A DNA stretch of 26,193 bases from Prasinococcaceae sp. CCMP 1430 (Eukaryota > Plantae > Prasinodermophyta). The DNA lies in contig RQSC01000003.1 in the NCBI GenBank assembly GCA_013416795.1, forward strand, positions 269,624 through 295,816. The letters run 5' to 3'. The notes under the pieces are model-generated. The model made no database searches, was not told where the DNA came from, and saw nothing but the letters and a program-made list of their open reading frames with translations. The position numbers and the translations under genes are program-made. Each line of letters begins with the position of its first letter. Within the stretch, counting starts at the first letter, position 1. Shown here piece by piece: positions 1 through 8,016 of the stretch.

Positions 1-94
1 CGTGTGGCGGCGCCGCCCTCGCTCGCGCCGCCGCAGCAGGGCGCGCCTGCTCCGCCGCGGCTGCCGCGGCGCCCCGCACGCCGGAGCCGTCCCC

Positions 95-140
95 AAACCC
101 TAAATCCTAAATACTAACCCTTAACATAAAACCTCAACTT
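95..140 (+). repeat. Degenerate plant-type telomeric heptamer array / telo-box (AAACCCT AAATCCT AAATACT AACCCTT ...)
   Basis: About 6 degenerate 7-mers starting with an exact AAACCCTAA at 95-103, forming an AT-rich island in a very GC-rich context. Confidence 0.6.
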
Positions 141-561
141 ACCGATCCGAGGTCGCGGGGGTTTTCGGGGGGAGCGGCGCCGGCCGCCGCCTGGCCCCTC
201 CGCGCGCGCGCGCAGCCGAGCCTCTTCTCCGCGGTTTATTATTCGTGTTTTGATGTTAGAATAACCGCTTGTATGGGACGAAATGGGGGCGCTGCGCGAG
301 TTCCTGCGTGTGTGGCTGCAGCGGGTGCGCTGCGCTGCGCTGGGCTGCGGCGGGGTGGCGACGGCGCCGGCGCCGGCGGCGGGCACAGAGCGACCAGGAG
401 TGCTCGCCTGTATCTCGTCCAGCATGGTAAGGAGCTCCGTAAAGGTCGACCACCCGCACAGGCCCACGCGCGCCGCGAGACCGCCGCACCTCCCCCACCC
501 CCGCCTCTCCCGCCCCTCCCCCCTCCTGCGGCCTCCCCGCTCGGGCAGAAACGGCGCCCGC

Positions 562-585
562 GATAAGGACGTTTGCGCCACGTCA
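562..585. promoter_or_regulatory. Candidate promoter elements: GATAAGG (I-box-like, 562-568) and GCCACGTCA (bZIP TGACGTGG site, 577-585)
   Basis: Exact motif matches lie beside poly-T tracts in the intergenic region. Function is not demonstrable from sequence. Confidence 0.25.
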
Positions 586-1121
586 TTTTTCCGTGCAATT
601 TCGCGAGCGCTTTCTGCACTTTTTGACGAATAAACGCGTGATGAGATACTCTCCAGGACGTGATTTCGTCCGGCGGATTTTTTTTTGGGATTTACAAATC
701 CGCGCGCGGTTGGGTCGGCCCCTCGCAGTCACCTCCTCAATTTTTTTTTGTTTTTTTTTTTTGTGGAAAACGAAGGGGCGCGCGCCAGCGGAGCGTCGAT
801 CCGAATTCCACCGAGCAGCAGAGTCCTCACCCATCTCGCTCGCGGTGCGCCCGTCGGTCGGTCTCCCCATCACCTCGTGCGGATTCGGGAGCTGGCACAG
901 TGGATTCTCGCATTTTTTTTTTCCTGGCGCGGGGCGGAAAAATGGCAAGCGAGCGCCGCGGGGGATGGTCGGGCGCATCATCGCCGAGCATCGTGTAGAG
1001 GAGTAGCGCGTTGGCGCGCGAGGGTCTACGTGTGCACGCGGGGCGCCGACGGCCGGACACGTACTGCCGAGAGGTGCGTCACAGCGACGAAAATACAGAG
1101 AAATTGGTATGGGCTGCCGCC

Positions 1122-2405
1122 TCAAGGGTTGAGCACGCCTGGCGCCTGTTTGAGCATCGCCCGCTTGAAGCCCTCCCGTACCGCCAAGTCGTCGAGGATC
1201 TCGATGCTCCCCCCAGGTATCGCCATGGAGCGCACGGAGCGATACAGCCGCTCGACGACTTTCCCCTTGCCTTCCTTGATGACCGAGGCGCCGCCAAAGA
1301 TCTGGCTGGCCTCGCGCGCGCACGTCTCGAAGGTGAGCGTCGACTGAACCTTGCACAGCGCAGCGCGGCCGCCGAGCTCGGCGTCCGGCACGCCACTGGC
1401 GATCTGATAGGCGAGCGACTCGACCATGTCCCAGCTGGACTCAATCAGCCGCGCCATGGTGGCAATTTTTGCGCGAATGACCTGGTGCTCCACCAAGCGC
1501 TTTCCGAAAGTCTTGCGGCGCAGCGCATGGCGGGTGGCCTCCTCCAGGCACAGGCGCGCGCACCTCGTCGCCTGCACAGACAGCACGAGCCTCTCGTGGT
1601 TGAAGTTGGTCACGATGTACCTGAAGCCTCTGCCCTCTTCTCCTATCATATTACTAAGCGGCACGCGCACGTCATCGAGCGTGACGAACGTTGTGTTTGA
1701 GGTGTCCGCCGCCTGCGTCTCGAGCTTTCGCACGTGGAGCCCCGGCGTGTCTGCGGGCACAAGCACGAGCGATATGCCCGCCATGCCCGGGCCACCTGTG
1801 CGCACGGCCATCACGAACCACGACGCCCACAGCCCGTTCGAGATCCACTTCTTCTGGCCGTTGATTAGGAAAGACGCGCCGTCCTCGGAGCGCACGGCGC
1901 TCGCGCGAATAGCACTCACGTCGGAGCCGGCAGTGGGCTCCGAGATGGCCAGGCATATGAACTTCTCGCCGCGGATGACAGGGGGCGCCACCTCGCGCCG
2001 CATTGCGTCCGACCCGTGCTCCAGCACCGGCGGCAGCGCCATCGAGTTTATCGCGAGCCCGCCCATGACGCCTGGCACGCCAATGCGCGCGAGCTCATCC
2101 CACATAATGACCTCGTGGAAGGCGTCGAAGCCCTCGGGCGGCGTGCCATCGTACTCCTGAGGGAAGATGGCGCCGGCGATGCCCGCGTCGTACGCCTCGC
2201 GGTGCAGCTCCCTCGGGTAGCTCGCGCCCTTCTCAAGCCACTCCTCGGCGCGCGGCTTGACGCTCTCCGCCCACGCGCGGCACCTGTCGCGGAATGCCGC
2301 GTGCGACGCCGTATAGTACGGGCTCGCATGCCCCTGGTACCATGCAGGGTCGGCGAACGGCACGCCGTCGCCGAGGGGCGGCAGGCCGGGTCGCCGCGGC
2401 GCCAT
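1122..2405 (-). CDS. Acyl-CoA dehydrogenase (LCAD-like), 427 aa, intronless as seen; the 5' end abuts the assembly gap
   Basis: ACAD motifs LAISEPTAGSDV, INGQKKWISNG, NFNHERL, RKTFGKRLVEHQVIR, QIFGGASV and IPGGSIEIL. ATG at 2405 (MAPRR...), TGA at 1122-1124. Confidence 0.93.
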   Translation of the reverse strand: MAPRRPGLPPLGDGVPFADPAWYQGHASPYYTASHAAFRDRCRAWAESVKPRAEEWLEKGASYPRELHREAYDAGIAGAIFPQEYDGTPPEGFDAFHEVIMWDELARIGVPGVMGGLAINSMALPPVLEHGSDAMRREVAPPVIRGEKFICLAISEPTAGSDVSAIRASAVRSEDGASFLINGQKKWISNGLWASWFVMAVRTGGPGMAGISLVLVPADTPGLHVRKLETQAADTSNTTFVTLDDVRVPLSNMIGEEGRGFRYIVTNFNHERLVLSVQATRCARLCLEEATRHALRRKTFGKRLVEHQVIRAKIATMARLIESSWDMVESLAYQIASGVPDAELGGRAALCKVQSTLTFETCAREASQIFGGASVIKEGKGKVVERLYRSVRSMAIPGGSIEILDDLAVREGFKRAMLKQAPGVLNP

Positions 2406-2426
2406 GCGAGCGGCCGCACGCGGCCG

Positions 2427-2809
2427 NNNNNNNNNNNNNNNNNNNNNNNNNNNNNNNNNNNNNNNNNNNNNNNNNNNNNNNNNNNNNNNNNNNNNNNNNN
2501 NNNNNNNNNNNNNNNNNNNNNNNNNNNNNNNNNNNNNNNNNNNNNNNNNNNNNNNNNNNNNNNNNNNNNNNNNNNNNNNNNNNNNNNNNNNNNNNNNNNN
2601 NNNNNNNNNNNNNNNNNNNNNNNNNNNNNNNNNNNNNNNNNNNNNNNNNNNNNNNNNNNNNNNNNNNNNNNNNNNNNNNNNNNNNNNNNNNNNNNNNNNN
2701 NNNNNNNNNNNNNNNNNNNNNNNNNNNNNNNNNNNNNNNNNNNNNNNNNNNNNNNNNNNNNNNNNNNNNNNNNNNNNNNNNNNNNNNNNNNNNNNNNNNN
2801 NNNNNNNNN
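2427..2809. other. Assembly gap (383 N)
   Basis: Run of N. Confidence 1.
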
Positions 2810-3003
2810 CGCGCGGTCGCGGCGGCAGAGCGGCGAGGCAGGCGACCATCGAGCGGCGGGCCGCCGCCCGCCTGGGCCGCCGCACTTTCCGCCCCACGCG
2901 CCGTTCCAGAAAAAATAATACGCAAAAGGCCGGGAAAAAAACACCCAACCAACAAACGCAACGGCGCCCCGCCGGCATCCATCAATGATGGATCCGAACC
3001 GGG

Positions 3004-3115
3004 CCAATGATGGCCAATGATGGCGGCCCCGAGGTGTGTGGCGGCAGCGCCCCGCCGCCCCGGATCGCATTGCATCAATTTCGTCCGCAGGGCGGTGCGG
3101 CAGACCACCCATTGG
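3004..3115. promoter_or_regulatory. CCAAT boxes in the divergent ACAD / large-membrane-protein promoter
   Basis: Tandem GGCCAATGAT x2 (CCAAT at 3004-3008 and 3014-3018) plus reverse ATTGG at 3111-3115. Confidence 0.4.
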
Positions 3116-3324
3116 TTGACATCCAGCCCGATCCGGACGATGGTGGTGTACCTGGTTTGTAGCACTGTACCTGGTACTCCACAGCTGTTAGACTGTCAGA
3201 CCGTAGATTGCACCTGGGTGTAGTACAATGTGCAGGCGTCATCAGAGGATGACGTGCGTCGTTTTATTCGAGGGTGCGCACACAAAAATGTCAGTTTGAA
3301 ATTGCCGCGCGCAGGTTTTGGCGC

Positions 3325-6300
3325 ATGGGCGCCGCGTTTGATGATCGGCATGCAACACCCGCTGATCGGCGCGTCGGTGCGCGCGCGCGCGCGCACGGGG
3401 GGCCGGGGCCACACAGCGCGCGCGCCCGGACGCTGCTCGCGGCGGCGGCGGCGCTCGCGGCGGCGGGCGGGGTGGGCGCGGCGGACACGAAGCCGCAGCC
3501 GCAGCTCTGCGTGGGCACCAAGCCGGGGAAGTGCGACGTCATAGAGAACAACGTGCCCGCTGCGATGTATGCCCCGCCGAAGAAGGTGCGGAGCCCGCGC
3601 AGGCGAAAAATCCAACACCCATTTCCTTCCCGCGCGGAGAGCAGTGCGACTTGCCCCCCTCCCCGCTCCGCGCGCGCTCCGCCGCCACGCGCGCGGGGCA
3701 GTCGCTCGTCGCGCGTGCCACACGCCAGCGAGCTCGGTGGGAGGGCCGCCAAGGTCGGCGTAGTGCGCCGTCGGTGCTCGGCAGATGAACAATGCAGCCA
3801 CGACCCACGGCTCACCGCCTCTTGATGCTGGCGCTGTGTTGACCGCGGGCTGACACGGATCGGCTGCCCGCTGCTGGCGCGCCGCGCGCCCGCGCCAACG
3901 CAGGAGGACCCTGACGAGGGGCCGGCGAATCACAAGGTGTACCCCGAGGGCAAGGACTCGGTCACGCTGTACGTCTCGGCCAAGGAAAACGAGGCCAAGA
4001 AGGCGGTGCTCATGGCGCTGGGCACCGACAAGACGCTGGACCCCAAGGTGACGGCCAACTGGACCGGCGCGATCGCCCCGGGCGACACCGGGCTGGCAAC
4101 CGTCACCTTTAACTGCAAGGAGGGCAACGCGGACGCCACGCGCGTCATGCTCGTCCTCGCTGACCGGCCCTCGGGGGTCGCCGCACGCTTTGCGATGTAC
4201 AAGAAGTGCGCGGGTGTCCAGACGTCGCAGGACACCGTCAAGGCCATCGGAGTGGACGTCGCCACCAAGGCCGGCCTGGGCCCTGCGACGGGCGAGAGGC
4301 ACAGGGCCATCAGCACGCCCGACGTGGTCGAGAACGGCAGCCCCACCGCTGCGTACGTCATGGGCACCGACGCCAAGAAGGACGGCCTCAAACCTGTTGC
4401 GGCTGACGTGGGCTTCACCACCTTCTTCGTCGCCCTGAGCAGCGAGGCGCGCGAGAACGGCGACAAGATCGAACTTGGCCCGATGTCAGTGATCGCCGAG
4501 GCCTCGACCGCCCGCCCCGTGGTCAGCGGCCCACTCGCCGAGGGGGGGTCGCTCGCCAAGGACTCGCCAGCGTCACTCCCGCTGACCGTCACCTACAACT
4601 GCCGCCGCACGGGCAAGACGCCCGTCAGCGTGCGCATTCCCGTGACGAGCCCGAAGGGCTCCATCACCTTCTCGTTCATGAAGGAGTGCGCCGTCGACGA
4701 CACGAACAAGACCGCCATCAAGCGCGCCGTGCGCGCCAAGGCGAGCGTGCCCGGTCTGACGGTCCAGACGTCCAACACCTACGACCCGTTCACCATGGTG
4801 GAGAACGGCTTCACCGTGCCGTCGTTCACCGAGTCGGCGGGCGGCGACCCCGGGGCACCGGGGCGCAACATGATCAGCGCTGGCCGCAAGGCGTTCTCCT
4901 TCGCGGCCTTCATGTCGGGCGAGAACACCGAAGCCGTGGCCGTCGATGCCCCCATCGTCTTCGTGGAGGACGCCGAGGTGGCGTCCGCGCGCATCGACGA
5001 GGACATCACCCAAGTCACCGCCGAAAAGACCGAGATGAAGCTCAAGTTCCGCTGCTTCAAGACGGGCTCGACCAAGGTGTCTGTGACCATCCCGCTCAAC
5101 CCGCCCACCGGCGAGGTCAAGTTCACCATCGTCAAGGTGTGCGACCCCGACCAGTCGCTGATCGAAGAGAACCGCGCCGCGGAGAATGCCGACGCGGGGG
5201 CCAAGCCGACGATGGCGCTGGACATCGCCACGAGCGCCAAGGGAGACCCCGTTATCGTGCGCAACGGCAACGTGCAGGATGACTTCGTGGCGCGCAAGCT
5301 GGCGACCCGCTACGCGCCGCCGGTGGACGACGTCCTGAAGGCCACGCGCGCTCCTGCGCTCAAGCTGAGCGAGGGCTGCCTCGGCTGCCTGCCCGCGACC
5401 GACTCGCTGGGCATGACGGCCGCGACGGTGCAGTCCAAGCTGGTGAAGTGCAACGTCACCGCGGCGTGCTCCTTCGAGGAGTACAACGCCGCGCGCAAGG
5501 CGTTCCGCAAGGTGGTCAGCGGCGCCTACGGCGACGCCGCCGGCCCGGCGGTGATCGCCCCGGGCGCCTTCTCGATGGATGCGTTCCTGCGTGCGAGCAG
5601 CGGCGCCCTGCAGATCGGCAACGCCGAGGTGGTGTCCTTCGACGAGAAGGTGTGCGTCCCCAAGCTGGTCGGCCCCGGCGCGCTTGCCAGCACGCTCAAC
5701 CCCGACGGCAGCAACAAGGCCAAGCGCCTCACGGTGACCTTCAACTGCGTGGGCTACGGCGGCACCGCTCTGGTCATGGTGACCGTGCCCGTGTACGGTC
5801 GCAAGAGCGGAACCGTGAGCTTCTCGGTGCTCAAGCAGTGCGCGGCCGTCAACGCCACCGAGTTCGGCGGCGAGGAGAGTGACAACGCGGAGATGGCCAA
5901 CGAGCTCGAGAACGTCATCGCGCACGCCGGCGCGGGCCTCCACGTGGGGCGCGCGGCCTCGGGCGATGGCGCAAAGGACGTGGTCGACAATGGTCTGGTG
6001 CTGCCCGAGTTCCTGCCCACCAGCAGCGTCGAGGACCGCGATGCGGGTGGCTACCAGGTCACCGAGGACAAGAACAGCTTCACGTTCTACCTCAGCAGCG
6101 CCGAGGGGCCCGACGCCGAGGCCATCTCGGTGGGCATCCCGCAGGTGATCTCCTTCAACCCGCGCATCGCCAAGACCACCGTGAGCGAGACGAGCGACCT
6201 GCACCGCAGCCAGGCGTCGCGCCGCAAGTTCCAGCTCAACGAGCCGCTGGAGATGACGGTGAATTTCGACTGCCTGTCCGAAGGCATCGCGGTCATCGCC

Positions 6301-7752
6301 GTCGCCGTGCCGCTGGGTCCCCGCGGCGGCGGGATCCACTTCGAGTTCACCAAGGCCTGCCCGGCGGACGAGGGCTTCAAGCCCTTCACGGGCGAGGTCA
6401 TCAAGGGGCTGGCGGTCGGCACCGCCGAGGGCGAGGCGGACGTCATCAAGGACGGCCAGACGGCGCGCCTGTGGACGCGCTACAAGAAGTCGGTCGGCCC
6501 AGGCGGTCGCAAGATGGTGGACGCCGGCACGCAGACGGTGGACTTCTACCTGAAGTACGATGGCGACAAGCCCATGAACTTCGGCGCCCCGCTCGTGGTC
6601 GCGCACAAGCCCACGTGCAACCCCAGGATCGAGGGCGCGGCCGCGGAGGGCGGCGCGCTCACCAAGTCGACCACAAAGCTCAGCATTCGCTTCAACTGCG
6701 TGTGGGACGGCCAGACCGCGGTGACGGTGTTTGTGCCGCTGCCAGGGCACAAGGACAACGGCCACGTCGTCTTCACCATGACCAAGCGCTGCACCACTAT
6801 GGCGAGCGACGTCAAGGGTTCCGACTTTGAGATTCCCCTCGACGAGCTCAGGCTCGTGGACGCCGACGGCGACGGCGTGGTCGGGCCGTTGCACGAGGAC
6901 TGGATGCCCTGGAACGCCGACGCCGACTACGGGGACTACTACGGAGCCTACCGCGGCTACTACGCCGCGTACGACAACTACTACGCGTACGACTACGCCC
7001 CCTGGACCAATGACTGGCAGCCAGACGAGTGGGCCGACAAGAAGAGCGACGAGTACTGGTGGTACGGCGATCAGACCTCCTACTATGGCTCGTACGACTC
7101 GTACAACGAGGGCGATATGATCGACCCTTGGAGCTACGAGCTCGAAGGCTACGGCGACGAGTACGAGGATATGGGCGACGCGCTGGTTGACGAGATCGAG
7201 GCACGCGGCTGGGACAACACCAACGCACTCAGCGTTGGCACGCATGTCGGCAGCATGGACATCGTCAAGGACGGCGTGCCGATGCCGCGCTTCAAGCTCT
7301 GTGAGCCAACGCCGGGCCAACCGTGCGATCTCATGTCGCTGATGGGCAAGGACGCGACCTCGTTCGTCGTCACCGCCAGCTCGGGCTCCGAAATCCTGCG
7401 CCGCCCGCAGGCATTTGCCAAATACCCGCGCAGCGTGGTGGCTGAGATTACGAACGCGGACGCGATCGACGGCAAGGTGGTCACCCCCGAGGAGCCCGTC
7501 GAGGTGCACGTCTCGTTCACATGCCTCAAGCAGGGCGTCACCTCGCCCGTGCTCATTACACTGCCGTATGGCCCGTTCCACGTGGACTTCGCGCTGGTTA
7601 AGGTGTGCGGCAAGCGCTACTCCGCCGCGACCGTCGCAATTGAGGCCACGACGGTGTTCGTGGGCATCGGCATCGTGGCGTCGATGCTACTCAGCTTCCT
7701 GGCCGGCAGCAAGCTCAAGAAGCTCAGGGACGGCCGCGACCTCAACGCTTAG
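3325..7752 (+). CDS. Uncharacterised large type I membrane protein, ~1369 aa, join(3325..3585,3904..7752): signal peptide, 7 Cys-paired beta-sandwich repeats, C-terminal TM helix, short basic tail
   Basis: Long ORF with strong GC3 codon bias. The upstream in-frame exon encodes TLLAAAAALAAAGGVGA (signal-peptide-like). Phase-0 intron GTGCGG(3586)...GCTGAC...ACGCAG(3903). TM segment TTVFVGIGIVASMLLSFLAGS followed by KLKKLR. Sequons NWT, NKT, NVT, NAT. Start codon is uncertain. Confidence 0.85.
3586..3903 (+). other. Spliceosomal intron (318 nt, phase 0)
   Basis: AAG|GTGCGG donor, GCTGAC branch-like site at 3849-3854, ACGCAG| acceptor. It joins two exons in frame. Confidence 0.8.
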
Positions 7753-7984
7753 GCGCGCACGCGCACTCACGCGTACGGGCTCTGCCCCAATGCATACACA
7801 TACGACACGTCGATCGACCGGGGACGGCAGGGACGGGCCGGCGGGGGCGCGAGCGCCTCGGCCCGCCCGGCGCGTATCCGCTCCTCTGGCGCGCCTCCCC
7901 TCCGACGCGGCGGACGACTCGTGACAAACTAAGTAAGACTCGACCGATTGAACGACGCAACCATAGACTGTACAATGACGTATG

Positions 7985-7989
7985 TTACA
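7985..7989 (-). terminator. TGTAA green-algal-type polyadenylation signal for the Cu-ATPase
   Basis: TGTAA on the minus strand ~28 nt after the TGA. UGUAA is the known chlorophyte poly(A) signal. Confidence 0.45.
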
Positions 7990-8016
7990 CATGCGTGCGC
8001 GGCGATGCGACCATCT

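Noticed and set aside
2810-2978. ORF continuing through the N gap upstream of ACAD
   Set aside because: An artefact of translating Ns; the segment contains promoter-like poly-A tracts.
2983-3023. Three CAATGATGG copies resembling snoRNA box C or a CRISPR-like repeat
   Set aside because: They do not match RTGATGA, there is no paired box D or terminal stem, and the repeats are too short with no spacers. CCAAT boxes explain them better.
4573-7581. 1002-aa minus-strand ORF, and similar long antisense ORFs (8128-9465, 1011-1700, 16313-17659, 19561-20760, 20998-22071, 23372-24559)
   Set aside because: These are antisense shadows of real genes caused by extreme GC3 bias (few antisense stops). Their translations are R/G/H/V-rich with no recognisable motifs.
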